Source: a cyanobacterium endosymbiont of Braarudosphaera bigelowii
Lineage (GTDB): Bacteria; Cyanobacteriota; Cyanobacteriia; Cyanobacteriales; Microcystaceae
Assembly: GCF_020885515.1 (NCBI RefSeq)
Contig: NZ_AP024987.1
Location: 1,410,001 to 1,442,000, forward strand
Reading direction: 5' to 3'
Length of the DNA: 32,000 bases
Shown here: positions 1-10,296 of the stretch, piece by piece
How positions within the stretch are numbered: the stretch's first letter is position 1
Layout: each line of letters begins with the position of its first letter
Position numbers and translations under genes: made by a program
Notes under the pieces: generated by a model
The model's input: the letters and a program-made list of their open reading frames with translations, nothing else
Database searches by the model: none
Told to the model about the DNA's origin: nothing

Positions 1-50
1 CTACCATTTTTTAGATTAGCATTTAACAAATATTACTAATCAGACTAAAT

Positions 51-1466
51 CTAGTTACTTACTGAGTTTGGTATTAACATTTGATAATTATTAATTTTCT
101 CTAATTGAGCAGCTACACGAATTAAAGCCAGCTCATCAGCAGGTTTTCCTACTAGTTGGATTCCTATTGGTAATCCTAAATCATCGTATCCCATAGGTAA
201 ACTTATGACAGGTAATCCACTAGCATTAAATGCTGGGCAAGGAGATATCCAGTTAATAATTTTATCTAAAGTTTTTTCAGGTGATAAGTCAGACCATTCT
301 CCAACTTTTATGGGTTGATGTAAATAGACAGGTAAGACTAAAATATCGAAAGTATCAAAAAAACTTACTAATTTACGAGAAAAAATTTGTACTTTATGAA
401 CTGCCTGTAAATACTCTCCTGCTGTTACAGTACGTTGTTGTAGCCAAATATTTAATGGGCTTAGAATACTCAATGGCAATCCAGCTGCTTCGACTCCTGA
501 TTGCCAAATAACTGTAAATGGATCAATTAAAGCTTCTACCGAAGGACATTTCTCTTCTAAATGATGTCCCAAAGATTCCAGAAGTAAAGCAGTTTTTTGA
601 ATTGTTTTTTTGATAATCAACTCAGTTTCTAGAAAAGGTGGAATATAGTGAGAAAAAGCAATAGTTAGAGGCTGAGAAACTTGTTTAGAAGCCTCTAGAA
701 AAGAAGTTTTAGATGTGGGCAACCAGTATGGATCACCTTTAGTATAGCCTGCCATTATATCTAACAAAGCTGCAGCATCACTTACTGTACGTGCTATGGG
801 ACCATTACTAGAAATTCCACTTTGGTAATCTCCCATAGGAGCATTAGACACTCTTCCTCTGGAAGGTTTTATTCCAACCAATCCACAACAACCTGCTGGC
901 CCTCGAATTGATCCACCCCCATCAGAACCTTGAGCAATCGGACACATCCCTGAAGCAACGGCTGCTGCTGAACCACCACTCGATCCTCCTGAAGTATAAT
1001 CTAAATTCCAGGGATTTCGGGAAGGTAAAAATCCTGGAGGCTCTGTATATGGAAACGATCCTAACTGGGAAGTCGCTGTTTTCCCTAAAATTATAAATCC
1101 AGCATTTTTTAAACGCTTGGTCACTTCATCATCATAACTAGCAACATTATTTTTAAGAGCAGATATACCATAGGTTAAAGGCATATTGACTACAGAGTTA
1201 AGATCCTTTATACCAATAGGAACTCCAAAAAAAGGAGGAAGATAATTCAGATTAGATATGGTGTTTAATTTTTTCGTCTTTTTTTCGGCATCTCTAAGAG
1301 CAGCTTTTTTTGCAACGAAAAAAAAGCTTCCTAGTTTTGAATTATATTTTTCAATTCGTTCTAAAAATAATTGAGTTAGATCTAAAGGTGTAATTTGACG
1401 ATCTAGAATTAGCTTAGCCAATTCTAAGGCAGGAGTAAAAGCTAAATCAATATCAATTGAGCTCAT
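51..1466 (-). CDS. Amidase signature family enzyme (AmiC/GatA-like)
   Basis: 471-aa ORF with amidase signature features: 'GVPIGIKDLN' (catalytic Lys) and 'DYTSGGSSGGSAAAVASGMCPIAQGSDGGGSIRGPAGCCGLVGIKPS' (Ser-cisSer-Lys signature). Confidence 0.93.
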   Translation of the reverse strand: MSSIDIDLAFTPALELAKLILDRQITPLDLTQLFLERIEKYNSKLGSFFFVAKKAALRDAEKKTKKLNTISNLNYLPPFFGVPIGIKDLNSVVNMPLTYGISALKNNVASYDDEVTKRLKNAGFIILGKTATSQLGSFPYTEPPGFLPSRNPWNLDYTSGGSSGGSAAAVASGMCPIAQGSDGGGSIRGPAGCCGLVGIKPSRGRVSNAPMGDYQSGISSNGPIARTVSDAAALLDIMAGYTKGDPYWLPTSKTSFLEASKQVSQPLTIAFSHYIPPFLETELIIKKTIQKTALLLESLGHHLEEKCPSVEALIDPFTVIWQSGVEAAGLPLSILSPLNIWLQQRTVTAGEYLQAVHKVQIFSRKLVSFFDTFDILVLPVYLHQPIKVGEWSDLSPEKTLDKIINWISPCPAFNASGLPVISLPMGYDDLGLPIGIQLVGKPADELALIRVAAQLEKINNYQMLIPNSVSN

Positions 1467-1746
1467 TTGTAATAGATACTAAATATCTTGTAATTATAGG
1501 ATATCTGATTTAAAACTAGTATTGTATTGATGTACTAATCAATTATTTTATTATTAAGAATAATTGATATTACTTTTGATACTCTTCACATAGTCTTTCT
1601 GTAAATTTTATCTTATTGATAAAATAAATATTTTTCTAGTTTCATACTACTTCAGTAGTGTTTATTAAAATTTAGTAATGAGAAAGTTGATAGACATAAT
1701 TTTATGTAACACTATAGTATTAACTAAGTTTTCATTGTCCTAATAT

Positions 1747-2871
1747 ATGACTTCATTCCCCTACAAAGTTTGTATTACTTTAGGAACTCGTCCAGAAGCG
1801 ATAAAGCTTGCTCCTTTAATAAAAAAATTTCAGAGTTCCAAGATGCTTAATACCTATGTTATCTTAACAGGACAGCATCAAGAAATGGTAAGACAGGTTA
1901 TGAAGTTATTTAATATTGAGGCTAATGAAGATTTAAAGATAATGCAGCCTGATCAAAGTCTTACTGATATTACTTGTCGTAGCTTAAAAGGACTAGAAGA
2001 GATTTTTATTAAAATTAAACCTCAATGTGTTATCGTCCAAGGAGATACTACCACTTCCTTCGCAGCAAGCCTAGCAGCTTTTTATCAGAAAATACCTATT
2101 GGTCATGTAGAAGCAGGCTTACGAACAGATAATATCTACAGTCCTTATCCAGAAGAGGTAAATCGTCGCTTAATTTCTCAGCTTGCTCAGTTGCATTTCG
2201 CGCCAACTTACCTAGCTTTAGAAAATTTGAAGCATTCTAATGTTACGGGAAAAATATACTTGACTGGAAATACTGTTGTCGATGCTTTATTAGAGGTTTC
2301 TAGACAATTTCCTGACTGTAATGTTAATGGTTTAGATTGGAATCAGTATGATGTTCTTTTAGCGACCGTACATCGAAGAGAAAATTGGGGTACTCCATTA
2401 GAAAATATTTTGAAAAGCTTTTGTCTTATTCTAGAAAAATTTCCTAATGTTGCTTTGCTAATACCCATGCATTGTAACCCGACTATTAGGAAACCTATTC
2501 AAGATACCTTAGGCAAACATCCTAGAGTTTTTCTAACTGAGCCTTTGGATTACACAGAGTTAATAGGTGCCATTCAAAAATGTTATTTAATATTAACAGA
2601 TTCTGGTGGTTTACAAGAAGAAGCACCAAGTCTTGGTAAACCTTTATTAGTACTACGAGAAACTACAGAACGACCAGAAGCTGTTGAAGCAGGTACTGCT
2701 ACTTTAGTAGGTACTGATCCTTATAAAATCTTTATGAAAGTTAATGAGCTACTTACAAATAAACCTTTGTATTCAAAAATGACTAATATAGTTAATCCTT
2801 TTGGAGATGGACAGTCAAGTAGTAAAATTCTAGGAATTGTTGAAAGCTTTTTAAAAAAACATAATTCATAG
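1747..2871 (+). CDS. wecB: UDP-N-acetylglucosamine 2-epimerase (non-hydrolysing)
   Basis: 374-aa ORF; 'GTRPEAIKLAPL', 'VQGDTTTSFAASLAAFYQKIPIGHVEAGLRT', 'HRRENWG', 'LTDSGGLQEEAPSLGKPLLVLRETTERPE' are family hallmarks. Confidence 0.95.
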   Translation: MTSFPYKVCITLGTRPEAIKLAPLIKKFQSSKMLNTYVILTGQHQEMVRQVMKLFNIEANEDLKIMQPDQSLTDITCRSLKGLEEIFIKIKPQCVIVQGDTTTSFAASLAAFYQKIPIGHVEAGLRTDNIYSPYPEEVNRRLISQLAQLHFAPTYLALENLKHSNVTGKIYLTGNTVVDALLEVSRQFPDCNVNGLDWNQYDVLLATVHRRENWGTPLENILKSFCLILEKFPNVALLIPMHCNPTIRKPIQDTLGKHPRVFLTEPLDYTELIGAIQKCYLILTDSGGLQEEAPSLGKPLLVLRETTERPEAVEAGTATLVGTDPYKIFMKVNELLTNKPLYSKMTNIVNPFGDGQSSSKILGIVESFLKKHNS

Positions 2872-2929
2872 AAATAAAGTTTTATTTTCGTTTAAATTCA
2901 ATTTTCTTTTTATTCTTTTAGTTATAACA

Positions 2930-4378
2930 ATGTTAGTAATTCATAATACTTTAAATCGAACAAAAGAGCCTTTTACGACTATTGAAGAGGCAAAAGTAAA
3001 AATGTATTGTTGTGGCATCACTACCTATGATTATTGTCATCTGGGTCATGCTAGAACCTGTATTATTTGGGATACAGTAAGAAACTACTTACAATGGATT
3101 GGTTATGAAGTTAAATATGTCCAAAACTTTACAGATATAGATGATAAAATACTAAACCGTGCAACAAAAGAAAAAACAACAATGAAGAAAGTATCAGATA
3201 CATTTATCAATGCTTACTTTGAAGATATGGAACGTCTTCATGTTGAGAAAGCTGATGCTTATCCTCGAGTGACTCATATAGTTGAGGATATTCAAAATTT
3301 GATTAAAGAACTAGAAAAAAATGGATATGCATACACTTCAGAAGGAGATGTTTATTTTAATATTCAAAGTTTTAAAGAATATGGTAAGTTATCGGGGCGC
3401 AAACTAGAAGATTTAAAGACAGGTGCTAGTGGTAGAGTTTCACTAGAGGATGTTCAAAGTGGCAAGAAGAGAGACTCTGCTGATTTTGCACTATGGAAAA
3501 AAGCTAAATCTACAGAAACATCTTGGGATTCTCCATGGGGGAAAGGTAGACCTGGATGGCATATAGAATGTTCTGCAATGATCAAGAAAGAACTAGGAGA
3601 AACTATTGATCTTCATGTAGGAGGTAGTGATTTGGTTTTCCCTCATCATGAAAATGAAATTGCTCAATCAGAAGCAGTTACAGGCAAAGAATTATCTCGT
3701 TATTGGTCACATAATGGAATGGTAAAGGTAGATGGAGAAAAAATGTCAAAGTCTCTAGGTAACTTCATCACAATACGAGAGTTGCTTGATAGATTTGAAC
3801 CTATGGCAATAAGGTTATTTGTTTTACAAACACATTATCGTAAGCCGTTAGACTTCAGTAATAAGTCATTAGTCGCAGCAACCAGTAGCTGGCAAACTTT
3901 ATCAGATGGTCTCTTGTTTGGACATCAATATGGCGAAAAATTAGGATTTAAAAATAATTCTTCCGTAGAACTCTTACCTGATTTGACCCAAAGATTTCAA
4001 AAAGCAGTAGATGATGATTTTAATTTTGCTGGCGGATTAGTAGTTTTATTTGAAATTGCTAAAAGTTTACGTAAAGAAAGTAATTTATTGATTCATACAG
4101 GAAACACCACATCATCGCCCAAGCTTTTGGAAGAACAGTGGTATACATTGAAGCATTTGGCAGGAATTTTAAGATTAGAGACTGATCAAAATATTGCAGA
4201 TACAAGTTTATCCAGAAAGCTAACTGATGAAGAGATTAACGAATTAATCGAGAAACGTAAAATAGCTAAAAATGCTAAAAGATACGCAGAAAGTGATCTT
4301 ATTAGAGATCACTTAAAAAAACACAATATTGTTTTATTAGACATGTCAGATGGGTCAACTACATGGCATTCTAACTAA
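2930..4378 (+). CDS. cysS: Cysteinyl-tRNA synthetase
   Basis: 482-aa ORF; HIGH-type motif 'YDYCHLGHAR', zinc-binding 'GWHIECSAM', 'HHENEIAQSEA', and 'KMSKSLGN'. Confidence 0.97.
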   Translation: MLVIHNTLNRTKEPFTTIEEAKVKMYCCGITTYDYCHLGHARTCIIWDTVRNYLQWIGYEVKYVQNFTDIDDKILNRATKEKTTMKKVSDTFINAYFEDMERLHVEKADAYPRVTHIVEDIQNLIKELEKNGYAYTSEGDVYFNIQSFKEYGKLSGRKLEDLKTGASGRVSLEDVQSGKKRDSADFALWKKAKSTETSWDSPWGKGRPGWHIECSAMIKKELGETIDLHVGGSDLVFPHHENEIAQSEAVTGKELSRYWSHNGMVKVDGEKMSKSLGNFITIRELLDRFEPMAIRLFVLQTHYRKPLDFSNKSLVAATSSWQTLSDGLLFGHQYGEKLGFKNNSSVELLPDLTQRFQKAVDDDFNFAGGLVVLFEIAKSLRKESNLLIHTGNTTSSPKLLEEQWYTLKHLAGILRLETDQNIADTSLSRKLTDEEINELIEKRKIAKNAKRYAESDLIRDHLKKHNIVLLDMSDGSTTWHSN

Positions 4379-4393
4379 TAATAATATCATGTG

Positions 4394-5698
4394 CTATTCA
4401 TTTAATAGAGCTTCCACGAATTCATAGCTAGAAAAAGGTTTTAAATCTTGAATGTCTTCGCCTACCCCAATAAAACGAATTGGTAAACCGAACTGCTGTG
4501 CTATGGCTATCGCAATTCCACCTTTTGAAGTTCCATCAAGTTTTGTCAAAATTACTCCGCTTAAATGAGCAGCTTCTAAGAAAAGTTCTGTTTGACGTAA
4601 TCCATTTTGGCCTAAAGTTGCATCAATAACTAACAACGATTCAACATGGGCATTTTCTGCTTTCTTGTCAATAACACGTCTAATTTTAGCTAACTCCTCC
4701 ATCAAATTTGTCTTATTTTGTAACCTTCCTGCAGTATCTATTAATAGTAAATCAACACCACGAGCCTGCGCCGCTATCAATCCATCATAAACAACAGCAG
4801 CTGGATCAGTATTTTTGCCTGGATTAGCAATAACAGGAGTATTAGTCTTCTCACCCCATAATCTTACTTGTTCAACAGCAGCAGCTCTAAAAGTATCAGC
4901 TGCTGCAATAATGCAACTATGTCCAAGTTGCTGAGCTAGATATGCAAGCTTTCCAATTGTTGTCGTTTTGCCAGCACCGTTGACTCCTGTTAATAGCCAA
5001 ATATTTAAAACTTCTTTTTTAACTAAAATTTCTGAATTTTGTACTTTTTTTAAAGGAGAATTTAGAATATCACATAAAATATTTTTGAGATATTCAATTG
5101 CCTGTTCTGAAGGTAGAGATTCTTCTAATAATTTATCTTGCAAACTTGTAATTATATAATCTGTTGCATTAATTCCTATATCTGCTTGTAGTAATATAGC
5201 TTCTATTTCTGCAACGACATCATCGTTTAGGGGGCCTTGGCCTAAAACAAATTTTAATTTATTTAGTAATCCACGACGAGTTTTTCCTAAACCCTGATGA
5301 AGACGTGTTAGCCATTGAATTTCATCCTTTGTTACATCTTCTGGATCTCTACCCTGATTAGCTAAGATTTTGGCAGACCAAACAAACTCTTTATTCAAGT
5401 CTACAGAGGTTTCATTATTATAAGCTTTAGATTCAGTGGCATTTTCTTTAAGAGCATCCAAACGATTGGATTTTTGCATCCATGTAGGAATGTTTTTTTT
5501 TAGAGATTTATCTGAAGTAGAAGTATTAATGGATAAAGAATCAATAGTTTCTATAGTATTTACTTGTGAAGTATCTGATTGTTCTATTGCCTTTTCTTCT
5601 TGAATATGTTTGTAAGCTTTTTGTGCCCAAGATATGTAATATTCTTGAGATATCTTTTTATCTTCAGAATCGGGTTGATTATTAGGCCAATTAGACAT
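4394..5698 (-). CDS. ftsY: Signal recognition particle receptor FtsY
   Basis: 434-aa ORF; NG-domain motifs 'LLTGVNGAGKTTTIGKLA', 'DTFRAAAVEQ', 'LLIDTAGRLQNKTNLMEEL', 'LTKLDGTSKGG', 'FIGVGEDIQDLKPF'; acidic N-terminal extension. Confidence 0.96.
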   Translation of the reverse strand: MSNWPNNQPDSEDKKISQEYYISWAQKAYKHIQEEKAIEQSDTSQVNTIETIDSLSINTSTSDKSLKKNIPTWMQKSNRLDALKENATESKAYNNETSVDLNKEFVWSAKILANQGRDPEDVTKDEIQWLTRLHQGLGKTRRGLLNKLKFVLGQGPLNDDVVAEIEAILLQADIGINATDYIITSLQDKLLEESLPSEQAIEYLKNILCDILNSPLKKVQNSEILVKKEVLNIWLLTGVNGAGKTTTIGKLAYLAQQLGHSCIIAAADTFRAAAVEQVRLWGEKTNTPVIANPGKNTDPAAVVYDGLIAAQARGVDLLLIDTAGRLQNKTNLMEELAKIRRVIDKKAENAHVESLLVIDATLGQNGLRQTELFLEAAHLSGVILTKLDGTSKGGIAIAIAQQFGLPIRFIGVGEDIQDLKPFSSYEFVEALLNE

Positions 5699-5986
5699 AG
5701 TACAAAGATTGAATCGGTATTAGTATAGTAACTTATTAAGCATATTTAATGATAAATATTAAATAGAATAATCACTATATTAGTATTTATTTTATTTAAT
5801 ATTTTTTGTAAAGATAACCCATTTATATAGTTATTGCTTATAAACTTTGTCAATATGAGAGCAAAGAATAATATCCAAGCATAATTTATTTAGAAAAGTG
5901 GTTTAATTTCTAAAATCATACAGAGTAGTTATATTAAAAAATAAGTGGTATTATAGGAGACTGCAGTATTTATCAAACAATTTTTT

Positions 5987-6256
5987 ATGAGTTTGACCCC
6001 TATTCAAAAGCAAACCCTGATGAGTGAATATCAAATTCATGATACAGATACAGGATCAGCTGATTTGCAAATTGCTATACTTACAGAACGAATTGTACAG
6101 TTAACCGGTCATTTAAAGAAAAATCCAAAAGATCATGCATCTCGTAGAGGACTATTAAAGATGATTGGTCGTCGTAGACGTCTACTGGCATATATCAAAG
6201 ATAAATCCTTAAACCGTTATCAGGACTTAATTAAACGTCTTGGTATTCGACGTTAG
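5987..6256 (+). CDS. rpsO: 30S ribosomal protein S15
   Basis: 89-aa ORF; '[53 protein letters not shown]' is S15. Confidence 0.97.
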   Translation: MSLTPIQKQTLMSEYQIHDTDTGSADLQIAILTERIVQLTGHLKKNPKDHASRRGLLKMIGRRRRLLAYIKDKSLNRYQDLIKRLGIRR

Positions 6257-6327
6257 TGTATATTCTGCTATTGTTAAAATTTAACTATAAAAAAAATAAT
6301 AGTAAAAACAAAAGAATTACTTAAACC

Positions 6328-6361
6328 AAGCTACAAAGATGAAAAATTATCTTTGTAGCTT
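6328..6361. terminator. Hairpin terminator between convergent rpsO and chlG
   Basis: Perfect 13-bp inverted repeat AAGCTACAAAGAT / ATCTTTGTAGCTT with an 8-nt loop, between the two convergent stop codons. Confidence 0.8.
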
Positions 6362-6412
6362 AAATTTGCAAAGTAGATTTTTAAGATCTGTTTAAGCAGA
6401 TTTAATTTATAG

Positions 6413-7393
6413 TCATACCACTTGCCTACCTAGCGCTAAGCCAACTACTAGCATTCCCAGTACTAAAAATGGTTGAGCCATAGCTTGGTATTTCACATCA
6501 TTTTTTAATGGATCTCGTAAAAAATACATATCTTGTAATGTTATCTGTGGAATAACTAATAATAATAAAATTGTTGCGTATAAGTTTTCATGAATGTAAA
6601 TTAAGTAACTACCAATTCCTATCTGAAATATGTCAATCATCATGACACAGATCCATGATGCTATCGTTACTCCAAACATAACAGGCATGGAGCTTAACCC
6701 CAACTTAGAGTCTCCTTCAATGCTTTTGAAGTCGTTAATAATAGCAATCCCTAAGCCTGAAAAACTATAAAATAAAGTTAGAATAACAATTGTATAATTT
6801 AGTTCCCCAAACAAAGCATGACCTGCCCACCAAGGTAAGGCTATATAACTAGCTCCTAATGCATAATTACCTAACCAACCGTTCCTTTTTAACTTTAATG
6901 GTGGAGCTGAATATATATAAGATATAAATGCCCCCCCTAAAGTCAGACATAACATTGTTGGAAATTCATGACTGCTCCAAACATCTAGCCCATAACTTAA
7001 TACTATCCCTAAGGTTAATAGAACTAAAATCTGTACTATTACCTGAGATACCGAGATCGCTCCTGAAGGAATAGGACGGTAAGGCTCATTAATAGCATCA
7101 ATTTCACGGTCATAAAAATCATTGAGGGTTTGTGTGTATCCTGTCATTAAAGGACCTGATAACACCATACAAGCTAAAACTTTTGCAAAATCTTCTATTG
7201 TCCAGAAATAGTTTCCTGAAGATGCAGCTCCACATATTACTCCCCAGATTAGAGGTACCCAGGTAATAGGTTTTGTCAGTTGTAATCTCAGTTTCCAGAT
7301 TGATTTTTTTTCGTAAATTCCTCCTTTCATTCCCAATAGTTGACGAGCTTGATTATTTGTTTTATTCTTATCAAGATTTGTAGAAACAGACAT
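6413..7393 (-). CDS. chlG: Chlorophyll synthase (UbiA-type prenyltransferase)
   Basis: 326-aa ORF; 'RLQLTKPITWVPLIWGVICGAASSGNY', 'LNDFYDREIDAINEPYRPIPSGAIS', 'YSAPPLKLKRNGWLGNYALGASYIALPWW', 'GLGIAIINDFKSIEGD'. Confidence 0.96.
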   Translation of the reverse strand: MSVSTNLDKNKTNNQARQLLGMKGGIYEKKSIWKLRLQLTKPITWVPLIWGVICGAASSGNYFWTIEDFAKVLACMVLSGPLMTGYTQTLNDFYDREIDAINEPYRPIPSGAISVSQVIVQILVLLTLGIVLSYGLDVWSSHEFPTMLCLTLGGAFISYIYSAPPLKLKRNGWLGNYALGASYIALPWWAGHALFGELNYTIVILTLFYSFSGLGIAIINDFKSIEGDSKLGLSSMPVMFGVTIASWICVMMIDIFQIGIGSYLIYIHENLYATILLLLVIPQITLQDMYFLRDPLKNDVKYQAMAQPFLVLGMLVVGLALGRQVV

Positions 7394-7591
7394 AAGCTAA
7401 ATTTAATAAATGTAGTTTACAAGATTAAAATATCTATTATGCAAATTCATAATTAGAAATTTTTTAGTGATAGTTATTCATAATCCATACTGGTAGACGA
7501 ACTTTTTTAAAAGAGTAGTGATGTTTATTGGCAAGAGCAAAATAAGTTTCATTAATATGTTATTTAGCTATTTTAAGATTAAAACAATACC

Positions 7592-8836
7592 TCATTTCTT
7601 TTCAGGATCATATTGTATTGTTTTTGAAATTGCAGATAATTCTAAGTAACTCGGATATTCACCATTTTCTTTAATATACTTAATTTCATCGTCAGAGATT
7701 GGTAAATTATTATATGAAGCAATTTTTTTAACAATATCTCCTCGATCAATTATTCCTACAACAGCACCAGCTGGAGAAAGAACGGTAATATAATACTCTT
7801 CACTTTCTTCCAACTTGTCAATAACTTTAATCAGCAGAGTTTTTTCTTCTACTGAAGATATAGTATCCAAAGGATGTGCTATGTCTCTTAACAAGCAATC
7901 TAAACTATTATTATACTCAATTTTTTTTAAATCCTTATTTGAAAGTAATCCTCGATAACGTCCCTCTGAAGCAGCAAAATATGCTGTTCCATGAGTCTTT
8001 TGACCATCGTACATATGAATAAATTCATATAAAGTGAGATTAGCATTAACAATACGGAAATTGTTAGTCATAACATCTGCAGCTGTAATTTCTAAAAAAC
8101 TTTTTTGTAACTGAGAAACACGGCCATAATTATTTGCATTACGTAAAACAAACCATCCAACAATTACTATCCAGAAACCACCTAAAGATCCTGTCAATGA
8201 AATTATAAACAAGCCTAGGATAATACCTAGCCATCCTATTATCCTGCCGCTTATAGATGCATAACGGACTCCAATAAAATAATCATCTTTTAACTTCCAT
8301 ACTATGGCTTTAACAATTTGCCCTCCATCTAAGGGTAGTCCTGGAATTAAGTTAAAAACTCCTAGTACAAAATTCATTCTTGCTATATCTTCTAACATAT
8401 AAGACAACAAAGGATGTAAGAGACTAGCTTCTTGATTTGGAAAAATAATATGGTTAATCGTAAATAAAATAATTGACAAAGCTAAACTAACTAAAGGTCC
8501 GGCGATAGCTATCAAAAACGCTTCAGTAGGTTTTTCTGATTCTTTTTCTATAATTGCAACTCCACCAAATAAAAATAATGTAATAGATTTAACATTAATT
8601 CCTTGAGTATAGGCGACTAGGCTATGACCTAACTCATGAGATAAAACTGAAATAAATAAAAATAAGGAGAGAAATAACCCTGATAACCATTCCAGCCACC
8701 ATGAATTACCAGCCAGTCCCTGAATATTAATCTCTTGTACATTAGATAAAGTAATTAATCCTAGAATTAAAAACCAAGAAGAGTTGATATAGAAAGGAAT
8801 GCCTAATAAGGAGCCGATTTTCCATTTTCTATCCAT
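7592..8836 (-). CDS. M50-family zinc metalloprotease (site-2-protease-like) with CBS domains
   Basis: 414-aa ORF; zinc motif 'SHELGHS', second motif 'NLIPGLPLDGGQI', multiple TM segments, C-terminal CBS-type region ('AADVMTNNF', 'GIIDRGDIVK'). Confidence 0.92.
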   Translation of the reverse strand: MDRKWKIGSLLGIPFYINSSWFLILGLITLSNVQEINIQGLAGNSWWLEWLSGLFLSLFLFISVLSHELGHSLVAYTQGINVKSITLFLFGGVAIIEKESEKPTEAFLIAIAGPLVSLALSIILFTINHIIFPNQEASLLHPLLSYMLEDIARMNFVLGVFNLIPGLPLDGGQIVKAIVWKLKDDYFIGVRYASISGRIIGWLGIILGLFIISLTGSLGGFWIVIVGWFVLRNANNYGRVSQLQKSFLEITAADVMTNNFRIVNANLTLYEFIHMYDGQKTHGTAYFAASEGRYRGLLSNKDLKKIEYNNSLDCLLRDIAHPLDTISSVEEKTLLIKVIDKLEESEEYYITVLSPAGAVVGIIDRGDIVKKIASYNNLPISDDEIKYIKENGEYPSYLELSAISKTIQYDPEKK

Positions 8837-9275
8837 GATTTAGAAGGTGTAAGAATTGATTTTTTATTAATATCTAAGTCTAAGTAGATAGTTTCACTAT
8901 ACCGAATGTTGAAACAGAGTTCATCATTTAGTCTTTGAATAAAATATTTAAAATATTTGTTAACACTTATAAACTCTAACCTAGATTCTATTATTATAAA
9001 AGTTATATATAGAAAATATAGTAACTATTAATTAAAATATAACTAAATATCTATCAAGATAATTGATCTTAATTATTTTGAAGATTGCTGAAGAGTATAA
9101 GGATATTATTACCTTACTGTACTTTAATAATATCAGAGTAAAAGTTTCTAATTCAAAAGATAATGATGCAATAAGACCTTAAATAAGATAATAGATAAGG
9201 AAAGGCTCATTTATTATCTTATTCAAGTACTAAGAAATTAAATTTATTATTGACAGATATTAAAACATTAATTAA

Positions 9276-10197
9276 TGTAGCATTGTAGCAATCTAAACTA
9301 ATTATAGTTTGGTGGTCTGGAAATGCGCGTTTAGCTAATTTATCTGATAAGTAGCTTACTGCACACGTGGTTTGCGCAGTATTAATTATGTTTTAAGCAG
9401 GAGTATTTTGTTTATTTGAAGTAGCGCATTATTCTACTAATATTTTTATGGGAGAACAAAACTTGATTTTGATTCCTCATTTAGCTAGTTTAAGAATAGT
9501 TGTTAGTAAAGGTGATCAATTTAGTTATGCTTATCAATATTTTATTATTGGTGTTATGTATTTAATTCTCTCAGCTGTTTTAGATGCAGGAGTTCTTTTC
9601 ATTCTAAATTAGTATTTACTCTTAGTCATCATTTACTTATATCAAGGTGAGAAGTTTTTTTGTTCGTTTTCTGGTTCTCCTTACATGGAGTTTATGATTC
9701 CATAATTGGAGATATAAGAAATGTTAACTCCCCTAGACTTAATCCAATAACCATTTTTAGTTATCAAATTCACTTTGTTGATACTAACTCTTTAGCAGAT
9801 CTAGTTGGTGGACATATTTATATAGTGATCGCACTCATTCTTGATGGAGTATAGTATATATTTACTGCTTCTTTAAAATAGACTCAAAGTTTATTTGTAT
9901 TTTTTCGGAGAAGCCTTTTTATCCTAAGCTTTCGGTAGTTTAGCTGTTTGTAAATCTACAGATGTGGCTTATTGCCTTCACGACATATTAGCTTATACTA
10001 CAGATTTTTATTTTTTAGAGCTAAGATTTAGCATTGCTCATTATTTTGCAGACAACATGATACTTTCTAATGGTCTACATAGTGCTCGTATATGGCTGGC
10101 CAATGCACATTTCTTTTTACAAAATCATACTTTAAGAGCTATTGAACTTAAATTTAAGTGCATAGCAAAAGCTTCTACAGTATTAGGGATGAATTAA
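9276..10197 (+). pseudogene. isiA: Decayed IsiA/Pcb-type (CP43-like) chlorophyll-binding antenna protein gene
   Basis: Conceptual translation across frames gives ordered family blocks: 9310.. 'WWSGNARLANLSDK*LTAHVV...FEVAHYSTNIFMGEQNLILIPHLASLRIVVSKGDQFSYAYQYFIIGVMYLILSAV'; 9621.. 'LSHHLLISR*EVFLFVFWFSLHGVYDSIIGDIRNVNSPRLNPITIFSYQIHFVDTNSLADLVGGHIYIVIALILDGV'; 9964.. 'LAYTTDFYFLELRFSIAHYFADNMILSNGLHSARIWLANAHFFLQ...RAIELKFK'. Interrupted by stops at 9279, 9352, 9394, 9610, 9648 and 9855 region, and by frame changes. Confidence 0.88.
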
Positions 10198-10296
10198 ATA
10201 AACATAAAATTCAAAAAGTCATTAGACTATAAAATTGAGTTATGTACAATTAATTAAAATCTATCACAAATAGTTCAAACTTGATGGAAATGAGCA

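Noticed and set aside
281-1096. Plus-strand ORFs 281-511 and 908-1096 inside the amidase gene
   Set aside because: Antisense to a clear amidase reading frame; composition is not protein-like.
4968-5159. 63-aa plus-strand ORF inside ftsY
   Set aside because: Antisense to the FtsY GTPase domain.
9660-10197. Treating the 64-aa and 77-aa ORFs as real small proteins
   Set aside because: Both are in-line fragments of one antenna-protein homology that continues upstream and between them in other frames.
9276-10197. Calling the relic psbC (photosystem II CP43)
   Set aside because: The middle and C-terminal blocks fit IsiA/Pcb better, and there is no sign of the large CP43 lumenal loop: the relic is only about 307 codons long. 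A tree is still needed.
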